From the NCBI GenBank assembly GCA_964016885.1, contig OZ024743.1:100936001-101000000 (forward strand): a stretch of DNA of 64,000 bases, given 5' to 3'. Shown piece by piece: positions 29,501 to 44,700 of the stretch; within the stretch, counting starts at the first letter, position 1; each line of letters starts with the position of its first letter. The notes beneath the pieces were generated by a model. It was not told where the DNA came from. It did no database searches and worked only from the letters and a program-made list of their open reading frames with translations. The stretch comes from Eledone cirrhosa (taxonomy: Eukaryota). The translations under genes were made by a program, and so were the position numbers.

Positions 29501-32500
29501 ACTCTTTCTATATATTCCCCACTCTTTCTATATATTCCTCACTCTTTCTATATATTCCCCACTCTTTCTATATATTCCCGTCTCTTTCTAAATATTGCCC
29601 ACACTTTCTATATATTCTCCATTCTTTCTATATATTCATCACTCTTTCTATAATATATTCCCCAATTTTTCTATATATTCACCATTCTTTCTATATATTT
29701 CCCACTCTTTCTATATACTCCTCACATTTTCTATAATATATTCCCCACTCTTTCTATATATTCCCCACTCTTTCTATATATTCCCCACTCTTTCTATATA
29801 TTCTTCACACTTTCTATATATTCCCCACCTTTTCTATATATTCCTCACTCTTTCTATATATTCCTCACTTTTTCTATATATTCCCCACTCTTTCTATATA
29901 TTCCTCACTCGTTCTATATATTCCCCACTTTTCTATATAATCCTCACTCTTTCTATAATATCTAACCTCACTCTTTCTATATATTCCCCATTCTTCGTAT
30001 GTATTCCCCACTCTTTCTACATATTACCCACTCTTTCTATATATTCCCCACTCTTTCAATATATTCCTCACTCTTTCTATAATATGTTCCCCACTCTTTC
30101 TATATATTCCCCACTCTTTCTATATATTCCTCACTCGTTCTATATATTCCCCACTATTTCTATATATTCCTCACTCTTTCTATAATATATTCCCCACTCT
30201 TTCTATATATTCCCCACTCTTTCTATATATTCCTCACTCTTTCTATATATTCCTCACTCTTTCTATATATTCGCCACTCTTTGAATATATTCCCCACTCT
30301 TTCTATATGTTCCTCACTCTTTCTATATATTCCTCACTCTTTCTATAATATATTTCCCACTCTTTCTATATATTCCCCACTCTTTCTATAACATCTAACC
30401 TCACTCTTTCTATATATTCCCCACTCATCGTATATATTCCCCACTCTTTCTATATATTCCCCACTCTTTCTATACATTCCCCACTATTTCTATATATTCC
30501 TCACTCTTTCTATATATTCCTCACACTTTCTAGAATATCTTCCCCACACTTTCTATACATTCCCCACTATTTTTATATATTCCTCACTCTTTCTATATAT
30601 TCTTCACACTTTCTAAAATATCTTCCTCACTCTTTCTATATATTACCCACTCTTTCTATATATTCCCCACTCTTTCTATAATATGATCCCCACTCTTTCT
30701 ATATATTCCCCACTCTTTCTATACATTCCCCACTCTTTCTATATATTCCCCACTCTTTCTATATATTCCTCACTCTTTCTATATATTCCCCACTCTTTCT
30801 ATATATTCCTCACTCTTTCTATATATACCCCACTCTTTCTATATATTCCCCACCCTTTCTATATATTCCCCTCTCTTTCTAAATATTGCCCACTCTTTCT
30901 ATATATTCCCCACTCTTTCTATAATATGATCCTCACTCTTTCTATATATTCCCCACTCTTTCTATACATCCCCCACTCTTTCTATATATTCCCCACTCTT
31001 TCTATATATTCATCACTTTTTCTATAATATATTCCCCACTCTTTCTATATATTCCCCACTCTTTCTATATATTCCCCACTCTTTCTATATATTCTTCACT
31101 CTTTCTATATATTCCCCACTCTTTCTATATATTCCTCACTCTTTCTATATATTCCTCACTTTTTCTATATATTCCCCACTCTGTCTATATGTTCCTCATT
31201 CGTTCTATATATTCCCCACTTTTCTATATAATCCTCACTCTTTCTATAATATCTAACCTCACTCTTTCTATATATTCCCCATTCTTCGTAAGTATTCCCC
31301 ACTCTTTCTACATATTACCCACTCTTTCTATATATTCCCCACTCTTTCAATATATTCCTCACTCTTTCTATATATTCCCCACACATTCTATATATTCCCC
31401 ACTCTTTCTATATATTCTTCACTCATTCTATATATTCCCCACTCTTTCTATAATATATTCCCCACACTTTCTATATATTCTTCACTCTTTCTATATATTC
31501 CCCACTCTTTCTATATATTCCTCACTTTTTCTATATATTCCCCACTCTGTCTATATATACCTCATTCATTCTATATATTCCCCACACTTTCTATATATTC
31601 CTCACTCGTTCTATATATTCCCCACTTTTTCTATATATTCCTCACTCTTTTTATAATATATTCCCCACTCTTTCTATATATTCCTCACTCTTTCTATAAT
31701 ATCTAACCGCACTCTTTCTATATATTCCCCATCCTTCGTATATATTCCCCACTCTTTCTATATATTACCCACTCTTTCTATATATTCCCCAGTCTTTCTA
31801 TATATTACCCACTCTTTCTATATATTCCCCACTCTTTCTATATATTCCTCACTCTTTCTATAATATATTCCCCACTCTTTCTATATATTCCTCACTCTTT
31901 CTATAATATCTAACCTCACTGTTTCTATATATTCCCCACTCTTCGTATATATTCCCCAAACTTTCTATATATTCCCCACTCTTTCTATATATTCCCCACT
32001 CTTTCTATATATTAATCACTCTTTCTATATATTCCTCACTCTTTCTAGAATATCTTCCCCACACTTTCTGTATGTTCCCCACTCTTTCTATATATTCATC
32101 ACTCTTTATATATATTCCCCACTCTTTCAATATTTCCCCCACTCTTTCTATAATATGTACCCCACTCTTTCTATATATTCCCCACTCTTTCTATACATTC
32201 CCCACTCTTTCTATATATTCTGCACTCTTTCTATATATTCCTCACTCCTTCTATATATTCCCCACACTTTCTATATATTGCCCACTCTTTTTATATATTC
32301 CCCACTCTTTCTATATATTCCCCACTCTTTCTATATATTCCCCACTCTTTTTATATATTCCCCACTCTTTCTATATATTCCCCACTCTTTTTATATATTC
32401 CCCACTCGTTCTATAATAGGTTCCCTACTATTTCTATATATTCGCCACTTTTTCTATATATTCCCCACTCTTTCTATATATTCCCCACTCTTTCTATATA
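26560..32500. repeat. Segmental copy pair about 26560-28680 / about 30360-32480 (offset 3796-3797)
   Basis: ORF pairs 26887/30683, 27393/31189, 28275/32072 and 28358/32155. Markers TTCGTAAGTATT and AGGTTCCCTACTATT (28621/32418). Confidence 0.85.
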
Positions 32501-35500
32501 TTCCCCACTCTTTCTATATACCCCTCACTCTTTCTATTTATTCCTCACCCTTTCTATATATCCCTCACTCTTTCTATATATTGCTCACTTTTTCTATATA
32601 TTCCTCACTCTTTCTATATATTCCCCACACTTTCTATAATATATTCCCCACTCTTTCTATATATTCCCCACTCTTTCTATATATTCCTCACTCTTTCTAT
32701 ATATTCCCCACTCTTTCTATATAATCATCACTCTTTCTATATATTCCTCACTCGTCCTATAATATATTCCTCACTCTTTCTATATATTCCCCACTCTTTC
32801 TATATCTTCCCCACTCTTTCTATATATTCCACACTCTTTCTATATATTACTCACTCTTTCTATATATTCCTCACTCTTTCTATATATTTTTCACTCTTCA
32901 TATAATATTTTCCCTACTCTTTCTATATATTCCCCACTCTTTCTATATATTCCTCATTCTTTCCATATATTCCTCATTCTTACAATATATTCCTCACTCT
33001 TTCTATATACGCCTCCCTCTTTCTATATATTCCTCACTCTTTCTATATATTCCTCACTCTTTCTATATATTCCCCACTCCTTTTATATATTCCCCATTCT
33101 TTCTATAATATATTCCCCACTCTTTCTATATATTCCCCACTCTTTCTATATATTCCCCACTCTTTCTATATATTCCCCACTCTTCGTATATATTCCCCAC
33201 ACTTTCTATATATTCCCCACTCTGTCTATATATTCCCCACTGTTTCTATATATTCCCCACTCTTTCTATATATTCCCCACTCTTTCTATATATTCTCCTC
33301 TCTTTATATATATTCCTCCTCTTTCTATAATATATTCCCCACTCTTTCTATATATTCCTCACTCTTTCTATATATTTCCCACTCTTTCTATATACTCCTC
33401 ACATTTTCTATAATATATTCCCCACTCTTTCTATATATTCCCCACTCTTTCTATATATTCCCCACTCTTTCTATATATTCTTCACACTTTCTATATATTC
33501 CCCACCTTTTCTATATATTCCTCACTCTTTCTATATATTCCTCACTTTTTCTATATATTCCCCACTCTTTCTATATATTCCTCACTCGTTCTATATATTC
33601 CCCACTTTTCTATATAATCCTCACTCTTTCTATAATATCTAACCTCACTCTTTCTATATATTCCCCATTCTTCGTATGTATTCCCCACTCTTTCTACATA
33701 TTACCCACTCTTTCTATATATTCCCCACTCTTTCAATATATTCCTCACTCTTTCTATATATTCCCCACACATTCTATATATTCCCCACTCTTTCTATATA
33801 TTCCTCATTCATTCTATATATTCCCCACTCTTTCTATAATATGTTCCCCACTCTTTCTATATATTCCCCACTCTTTCTATATATTCCTCACTCGTTCTAT
33901 ATATTCCCCACTATTTCTATATATTCCTCACTCTTTCTATAATATATTCCCCACTCTTTCTATATATTCCCCACTCTTTCTATATATTCCTCACTCTTTC
34001 TATATATTCCTCACTCTTTCTATATATTCGCCACTCTTTGAATATATTCCCCACTCTTTCTATATGTTCCTCACTCTTTCTATATATTCCTCACTCTTTC
34101 TATAATATATTCCCCACTCTTTCTATATATTCCCCACTCTTTCTATATATTCCCCACTCTTTCTATATATTCCCCACTCTTCGTATATATTCCCCACACT
34201 TTCTATATATTCCCCACTCTGTCTATATATTCCCCACTGTTTCTATATATTCCCCACTCTTTCTATATATTCCCCACTCTTTCTATATATTCTCCTCTCT
34301 TTATATATATTCCTCCTCTTTCTATAATATATTCCCCACTCTTTCTATATATTCCTCACTCTTTCTATATATTCCCCACTCTTTCTATAATATGTTCCCC
34401 ACTCTTTCTATATATTCCCCACTCTTTCTATATATTCCCCACTCTTTCTATATATTCCCCACTCTTTCAATATATTCCTCACTCTTTCTATATATTCCCC
34501 ACTCTTTCTATATATTCCTCACTCTTTCTATATATTCTACACACTTTCTATATATTCCCTACTCTTTCTATATATTCCACACTCTTTCTATAAATTCCTC
34601 ACTCTTTCTATATATTCCCCACTCTTTCTATATATTCCTCACTCTTTCTATATATTTCCCACTCATTCTATACATTCCCCACTATTTCTATATATTCCTC
34701 ACTCTTTCTATATATTCCTCACTCTTTCTAGAATATCTTCCCCACACTTTCTATATATTCCCCACTCTTTCTATATATTCCTCACTCTTTCTATATATTA
34801 CCCACTCTTTCTATATATTCCCCACTCTTTCTATAATATGATCCCCACTCTTTCTATATATTCCCCACTCTTTCTATACATTCCCCACTCTTTCTATATA
34901 TTCACCACTCTTTCTATATATTCCTCACTCTTTCTATATATTCCCCACTCTTTCTATATATTCCTCACTCTTTCTATATATTCCCCACTCTTTCTATATA
35001 TTCCCGTCTCTTTCTAAATATTGCCCACACTTTCTATATATTCTCCATTCTTTCTATATATTCATCACTCTTTCTATAATATATTCCCCAATTTTTCTAT
35101 ATATTCACCATTCTTTCTATATATTTCCCACTCTTTCTATATACTCCTCACATTTTCTATAATATATTCCCCACTCTTTCTATATATTCCCCACTCTTTC
35201 TATATATTCCCCACTCTTTCTATATATTCTTCACACTTTCTATATATTCCCCACCTTTTCTATATATTCCTCACTCTTTCTATATATTCCTCACTTTTTC
35301 TATATATTCCCCACTCTTTCTATATATTCCTCACTCGTTCTATATATTCCCCACTTTTCTATATAATCCTCACTCTTTCTATAATATCTAACCTCACTCT
35401 TTCTATATATTCCCCATTCTTCGTATGTATTCCCCACTCTTTCTACATATTACCCACTCTTTCTATATATTCCCCACTCTTTCAATATATTCCTCACTCT

Positions 35501-36950
35501 TTCTATATATTCCCCACACATTCTATATATTCCCCACTCTTTCTATATATTCCTCATTCATTCTATATATTCCCCACTCTTTCTATAATATGTTCCCCAC
35601 TCTTTCTATATATTCCCCACTCTTTCTATATATTCCTCACTCGTTCTATATATTCCCCACTATTTCTATATATTCCTCACTCTTTCTATAATATATTCCC
35701 CACTCTTTCTATATATTCCCCACTCTTTCTATATATTCCTCACTCTTTCTATATATTCCTCACTCTTTCTATATATTCGCCACTCTTTGAATATATTCCC
35801 CACTCCTTCTATATGTTCCTCACTCTTTCTATATATTCCTCACTCTTTCTATAATATATTTCCCACTCTTTCTATATATTCCCCACTTTTTCTATATATT
35901 CCCCACTCTTTCTATAATATATTCCTCACTCTTTCTATATATTCCCCACTCCTTCTATATAGTCCCCACTCTTTCTATATATTCCCCACTCTTTCTATAT
36001 ATTCCTCACTCTTTCTATATATTCCCCACTCTTTCTATAATATATTCCCCACTCTTTCTATATATTCCCACTCTTTCTATATATTCCCCACTCTTTCCAT
36101 ATATTCCTCACTCTTTGCATAATATATTCCCCACTCTCTCTATATATTCCTCACTCTTTCTATAATATCTAACCTCACACTTTCTATATATTCCCCACTC
36201 ATCGTATATATTCCCCACTCTTTCTATATATTCCCCACTCTTTCTATATATTCCCCACACTTTCTATAATATATTCCCCACTCATTCTATATATTCCCCA
36301 CTCTTTCTATATGTTCCTCACTCTTTCTATATATTCCCCACTCTTTCTATATAATCATCACTCTTTCTATATATTCCTCACTCTTCCTATCATATATTCC
36401 TCACTCTTTCTATATATTCCCCACTCTTTCTATATCTTCCCCACTCTTTCTATATATTCCACACTCTTTCTATATATTACTCACTCTTTCTATATATTCC
36501 TCACTTTTTCTATATATTCCTCACTCTTCATATAATATATTCCCTACTCTTTCTATATATTCCCCACTCTTTCTATATATTCCTCATTCTTTCTATATAT
36601 TCCTCATTCTTTCAATATATTCCTCACTCTTTCTATACACGCCTCCCTTTTTCTATATATTCCTCACTCTTTCTATATATTCCCCACTCCTTTTATATAT
36701 TCCCCATTCTTTCTATAATATATTCCCCACTCTTTCTATATATTCCTCACTCTTTCTATATATTCCCCACTCTTTCTATATATTCCCCACTCTTCGCATA
36801 TATTCCCCACACTTTCTATATATTCCCCACTCTGTCTATATATTCCCCACTGTTTCTATATATTCCCCACTCTTTCTATATATTCCCCACTCTTTCTATA
36901 TATTCTCCTCTCTTTATATATATTCCTCACTCTTCCTATAATATATTCCC
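28680..36950. repeat. Mosaic of overlapping copies (offsets about 5426, 1749 and 3630)
   Basis: ORF pairs 29595/35021, 33676/35425 and 34038/35787. Markers TTTGAATAT (about 30280, 34037, 35786) and ATAATCATCA (32721/36351). Confidence 0.75.
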
Positions 36951-38749
36951 CACTCTTTCTATATACGCCTCCCTCTTTCTATATATTCCTCACTCTTTCT
37001 ATATATTCCTCACTCTTTCTATATAATCCCCACTCTTTCTATATATTCCCCACTCTTCGTATATATTCCCCACTCTTCGTATATATTCCCCACACTTTCT
37101 ATATATTCCCCACTCTGTCTATATATTCCCCACTCTTCCTATATATTCCCCACTCTTTCTATAATATGTTCCCCACTCTTTCTATATATTCCCCACTCTT
37201 TCTATATATTCCCCACTCTTTCTATATATTCCCCACGCTTTAAATATATTCCTCACTCTTTCTATATATTCCCCTCTCTTTCTATATATTCCTCACTCTT
37301 TCTATATATTCTACACTCTTTCTAGATATTCCCCAATCTTTCTATATATTCCTCACTCTTTCTATATATTCCTCCCTCTTTCTCTATATTCCCCACTCTT
37401 TTTATATATTCCTCACTCTTTCTATATATTTCCCACTCTTTCTATATATTCCCCACTCTTTCTATATATTCCTCACTCTTTCTATATATTCCTCACTCTT
37501 TCTATATATTCCCCACACTTTCTATATATTCCTCACTCTTTCTATATATTCCTCACTTTTTCTATATATTCCCCACTCTTTCTATAATATGTTACCCACT
37601 CTTTCTATATATTCCTCACTCTTTCTATATATTCCTCAATCTTTCTATATATTCGCCACTCTTTCTATATATTCCTCACCCTTTCTATATATTCCTTACT
37701 CTTTCAATATATTCCCCATTCTTTCTATATATTCCCCACTCTTTCTATATATTCCCTACTCTTTCTTTATATTTCTCACTCTTTCTATAATATATTCCCC
37801 ACTCTTTCTATATATTCCCCACTCTTTCTATAATATGTTCCCCACTCTTTCTATGTATTCCCCACTCTTTCTATACATTCCCCACTTTTTTTATATATTC
37901 CTCACTCTTTCTATATATTCCACACTCTTTCTATATATTCCCACTCTTTTTATATATTCCCCACTCTTTCTATATGTTCCCCACTCTTTCTATATATTCC
38001 TCAATCTTTCTATATATTCCCAACTCTTTCTATATATTCCCCATTCTTTCTATATATTCCCCACTCTTTCTATAATATGTTCCCCAGTCTTTCTATATAT
38101 TCCCCCCTCTTTCTATATATTCCCTACTCTTTCTATATATTCCCCACTCTTTCTATGTATTCCTCACGCTTTCTATAATATATTCCACACTCTTTCTATA
38201 TATTCCCCACTCTTTGTATATATTCCCCACGCTTTCTATATATTCCCCACTCTTTCTATATATTCCCCACTCTTTCTATATATTCCTCACTCTTTCTATA
38301 TATTCCTCACTCTATCTAGAATATCTTCCCCACACCTTCTATATATTCGCCACTATTTATATATATTCCTCACTCTTTCTATATATTCCCCACTCTTTCT
38401 ATATATTCCCCACTCTTTCTATAATATGTTCCCCACTCTTTCTATATATCCCCACTCTTTCTATACATTCCACACTCTTTCTATATATTCCCCACTCTTT
38501 CTATATATTCCACACTCTTTCTATATATTCCCCACTCTTTCTATATATACCTCGCTCTTTCTATATATTCCCCACTCATTCTATATATTCCCCATTCTTT
38601 GTATATATTCCTCACTCTTTCTATAATATCTTCCCCACTCTTTCTATATATTCCCCACTCTTTCTATATATTCCCCACTCTTTCTATATATTCCCCACTC
38701 TTTCTATATATTCCCCACTCTTTCTATATATTCCCCACTTTTTCTATAA

Positions 38750-41700
38750 TATGTTCCCCACTCTTTCTATATATTCCCTACTCTTTCTATATATTCCCCA
38801 CTCTTTCTATATATTCACCACTCTTTCTATATATTCCTCACTCTTTCTATATTTTCCCCACTCTTTCTATATATTCCCTACTCTTTCTATATATTCCCCT
38901 CTCTTTCTATATATTCCCCACTGTTTCTATATATTCTCCATTCTTGCTATATATTCCTCACTCTTTCTATAATATATACCCCAATCTTTCTATATATTCC
39001 CCACTCTTTCTATATATTTCCCACTCTTTCTATATATTCCTCACTTTTTTTATAATATATTCCCCACTCTTTCAATATTTTCCCCACTCTTTCTATATAT
39101 TCTTCACTCTTTCTATATATTCCCCACTCTTTCTATATATTCCTCACTCTTTCTATAATATCTAACCGCACTCTTTCTATATGTCCCCCATTCTTCGTAT
39201 ATATTCCCCACATTTTCTATATATTACCCACTCTTTCTATATATTCCCCTCTCTTTCTATATATTCCCCACACTTTCTATATATTCCCCATTCTTTCTAT
39301 ATATTCCCCACTCTTTCTATACATTCCTCACTCTTTCTATAATATATTCCCCACTCTTTCTATATATTCCTCACTCTTTCTATAATATCTAACCTCACTC
39401 TTTCTATATATTCCCCACTCTTCGTATACATTCCCCAATCTTTCTATATATTAATCACTCTTTTTATATATTCCTCTCTCTTTCTAGAATATCTTCCCCA
39501 CACTTTCTGTATATTCCCCACTCTTTCTATATATTCCTCACTCTTTGTATATATTCCCCACTCTTTCTATATTTCCCCCACTCTTTCTATAATATGTTCC
39601 CCACTCTTTCTATATATTCCCCACTCTTTCTATACATTCCCCACTGTTTCTATATATTCTGCACTCTTTCTATATATTCCTCACTCTTTCTATATATTCC
39701 CCACTCTTTCTATATATTCCCCACTCTTTTTATATATTCCCCACTCTTTGTATATATTAACCACTCTTTATATATATTCCTCACTGTTTTTATATATTGC
39801 TCACTCTTTCTATATGTTCCCCATTCTTTCTATATATTCCTCACTCGTTCTATAATATGTTCCCTACTCTTTCAATATATTCGCCACTCTTTCTATATAT
39901 TCCCCACTCTTTCTATATATTCCCCACTCTTTCTATATTTTCCCCACTCTTCATATATATTCCCCACCCTTTCTATATATTTCCCACTCATTCTATATAG
40001 TCCCCACTCTTTCTATATATTCCCCACTCTTTCTATATACCCCTCACTCTTTCTATTTATTCCTCACCCTTTCTATATATTCCTCACTCTTTCTATATAG
40101 TCCTCACTCTTCCTATAATATATTGCCCACTCTTTCTATATATTCCCCACTCTTTCTATATATTCCCCACTCTTTCTATATATTCTTCACTCTTTCTATA
40201 TATTCCCCACTCTTTCTATATATTCCTCACTCTTTCTATATATTCCTTACTCTTTCAATATATTCCCCATTCTTTCTATATACCCCTCACTCTTTCTATA
40301 TATTCCTCACTCTTTCAATATATTCCCCACACTTTCTATATATTCCCCACTTTTTCTATATATTCCTCACTCTTTCTATATAGTCCCCACTCTTTCTATA
40401 TATTCTTCACTCTTTCTATATATTCGTCACACTTTCTATACATTCCTCACTCTTTCTATATATTCATCACTTTTTCTATAATATGTTCCCCACTCTTTCT
40501 ATATATTCCCTACTCTTTCTATATATTCCCCACTCTTTCTATATATTCACCACTCTTTCTATATATTCCTCACTCTTTCTATATTTTCCCCACTCTTTCT
40601 ATATATTCCCTACTCTTTCTATATATTCCCCTCTCTTTCTATATATTCCCCACTGTTTCTATATATTCTCCATTCTTGCTATATATTCCTCACTCTTTCT
40701 ATAATATATACCCCAATCTTTCTATATATTCCCCACTCTTTCTATATATTTCCCACTCTTTCTATATATTCCTCACTTTTTTTATAATATATTCCCCACT
40801 CTTTCTATATATTCCCCACTCTTTCTATATATTCTTCACTCTTTCTATATATTCCCCACTCTTTCTATATATTCCTCACTCTTTCTATAATATCTAACCG
40901 CACTCTTTCTATATGTTCCCCATTCTTCGTATATATTCCCCACATTTTCTATATATTACCCACTCTTTCTATATATTCCCCTCTCTTTCTATATATTCCC
41001 CACACTTTCTATATATTCCCCATTCTTTCTATATATTCCCCACTCTTTCTATACATTCCTCACTCTTTCTATAATATATTCCCCACTCTTTCTATATATT
41101 CCTCACTCTTTCTATAATATCTAACCTCACTCTTTCTATATATTCCCCACTCTTCGTATACATTCCCCAATCTTTCTATATATTAATCACTCTTTTTATA
41201 TATTCCTCTCTCTTTCTAGAATATCTTCCCCACACTTTCTGTATATTCCCCACTCTTTCTATATATTCCTCACTCTTTATATATATTCCCCACTCTTTCT
41301 ATATTTCCCCCACTCTTTCTATAATATGTTCCCCACTCTTTCTATATATTCCCCACTCTTTCTATACATTCCCCACTGTTTCTATATATTCTGCACTCTT
41401 TCTATATATTCCTCACTCTTTCTATATATTCCCCACTCTTTCTATATATTCCCCACTCTTTTTATATATTCCCCACTCTTTGTATATATTAACCACTCTT
41501 TATATATATTCCTCACTGTTTTTATATATTGCTCACTCTTTCTATATGTTCCCCATTCTTTCTATATATTCCCCACTCGTTCTATAATATGTTCCCTACT
41601 CTTTCAATATATTCCCCACTCTTTCTATATATTCCTCACTCTTTCTATATATTCCCCACTCTTTCTATATATTCCCCACTCTTTTTATATATTCCTCACT

Positions 41701-44700
41701 CTTTCTATATGTTCCCCATTCTTTCTATATATTTCCCACTCATTCTATATAGTCCCCACTCTTTCTATATATTCCCCACTCTTTCTATATACCCCTCACT
41801 CTTTCTATTTATTCCTCACCCTTTCTATATATTCCTCACTCTTTCTATATAGTCCTCACTCTTCCTATAATATATTGCCCACTCTTTCTATATATTCCCC
41901 ACTCTTTCTATATATTCCCCACTCTTTCTATATATTCTTCACTCTTTCTATATATTCCCCACTCTTTCTATATATTCCTCACTCTTTCTATATATTCCTT
42001 ACTCTTTCAATATATTCCCCATTCTTTCTATATACCCCTCACTCTTTCTATATATTCCTCACTCTTTCAATATATTCCCCACTCTTTCTATATATTCCCC
42101 ACTCTTTCTATATATTCCTCACTCTTTCTATATAGTCCCCACTCTTTCTATATATTCTTCACTCTTTCTATATATTCGTCACACTTTCTATACATTCCTC
42201 ACTCTTTCTATATATTCGTCACTTTTTCTATATATTCGTCACTCTTTCTATACATTCCTCACTCTTTCTATATATTCCCCACTCTTTCTATATATCCTCA
42301 CTCTTTCTATATATTCCTCACTCTTTCTATATATTCGCCACTCTTTGTATATATTCCCGACTCTTTCTATATATTCCTCACTCTTTCTATATATTCCCCA
42401 CTCTTTCTATATATTCCCCACTCTTTTTATATATTCACCACTCTTTCTATATATTCCCCACTCTTTCTATAATATATTCCACACTCTTTCTATATATTCC
42501 TCACTCTTTCTATAATATCTAACCTCACTCTTTCTATATATTCCCCACTCTTTGTATATATTCCCCACGCTTTCTATATATTCCCCACTCTTTCTATATA
42601 TTCCCCACTCTTTCTATATATTCCTCACTCTTTCTATATATTCCTCACTCTATCTAGAATATTTTCCCCACACTTTCTATATATTCGCCACTATTTATAT
42701 ATATTCCTCACTCTTTCTATATATTCCCCACTCTTTCTATATATTCCCCACTCTTTCCATATAATCCCCACTCTTTTTATATATTCCCCACTGTTTCTAT
42801 ATATTCCCCACTTTTTCATTATATTCTCCACTCTTTCTATATATTCCTCACTCTTTCTATATATTCCCCACTCTTTCTATATATACCTCACTCTTTCTAT
42901 ATATTCCCCATTCTTTCTATATATTCCCCACTCTTTCTATAATATGTTCCCCACTCTTTCTATATATTTGCCACTCTTTCTATATATTCTTCACTCTTTC
43001 TATATAATCCCCACTCTTTCTAAAATATATTCCCCACTCTTTCTATATATTCCACACTTTTTCTATATATTCCCCACTTTTTCTATATATTCCCCCCTCT
43101 TTCTATATATTCCCCCTCTTTCTATATATTCCCCACTGTTTCTATATATTCCTCACTCTTTCTATAATATATTCCCCACTCTTTCTATATATTCTTCACT
43201 CTTTCTATAATATCTAACATCACTCTTTCTATATATTCCCCACTCTTTCTATAATATGTTCCCCACTCTTTCTATATATTCCCACTCTTTCTATACATTC
43301 CACACTCTTTCTATATATTCCCCACTCTTTCTATATATTCCACACTCTTTCTATATATTCCCCACTCTTTCTATATATTCCTCACACTTTCTAGAATATC
43401 TTCCCCACACATTCTATATATTCCCCACTCTTTCTATATATTCCTCACTCTTTCTATATATTCCCCACTCTTTCTATAATATGTTCCCGAAACTTTCTAT
43501 ATATTCCCCACTGATTTTATATATTCCCCACTCTTTCTATATATTCCCCACTCTTTCTATAATATGTTCCCCACTCTTTCTATATATTCCCCACTCTTTC
43601 TATACATTCCCCACTTTTTTTATATATTCCTCACTCTTTCTATATATTCCACACTCTTTCTATATATTCCCACTCTTTTTATATATTCCCCACTCTTTCT
43701 ATATGTTCCCCACTCTTTCTATATATTCCTCAATCTTTCTATATATTCCCAACTCTTTCTATATATTCCCCATTCTTCCTATATATTCCCCTCTCTTTCT
43801 ATAATATGTTCCCCAGTCTTTCTATATATTCCCCACTCTTTCTATATATGCCCCACTCTTTCTATATATTCCCCACTCTTTCTATATATTCCCTATTCTT
43901 TCTATAATATATTCCCCACTCTTTCTATATATTCCCCACTCTTTTTATATATTCCCCACTCTCTCTATATATTCCTCACTCTTTCTATGATATATTCCCC
44001 AATCTTTCTATATATTCCCCACTCTTTCTATGTATTCCCCACTCTTTCTATATATTCCTCACTCATTCTATATATTCCCCACTCTTTCTATATATTCCTC
44101 ACTCTTTCTAGATATTCCCCACTCTTTCTATATATTCATCACTCATTCTATATATTCCTCACTTTTCCTACAATATATTCCTCACTCTTTCTATATATTC
44201 CCCACTCTTTCTATATCTTCCCCACTCTTTCTATATATTCCTCACTGTTTCTATATACTCCCCACTCTTTCTATATATTCACCACTCTTTCTATATCTTC
44301 CTCACTCTTTCTATATATTCCTCACTCTTTCTATATATTCCCCACTCTTTCTATATATTCCTCACTCTTTCTATATATTCCCCACTCTTTCTATATATTC
44401 CTCACTCTTTCTATATATTCCCCACTCTTTCTATATATTCCTCACTCATTCTATATATGCCCCACTCTTTTTATATATTCCCCACTCTTTCTATATATTC
44501 CCGACTCTTTCTATATATTCCCCACTCTTTCTATATATTCCTCACTCTTTCTATATATTCTCCACTCTTTCTATAATATATTCCTCACTCTTTCTATATA
44601 TTCCCCACTCTTTCTATATTTTCCCCACTCTTTCTATATATTCCCTACTCTTTCTATATATTCCCCTCTCTTTCTATATATTCCCCACTGTTTCTATATA

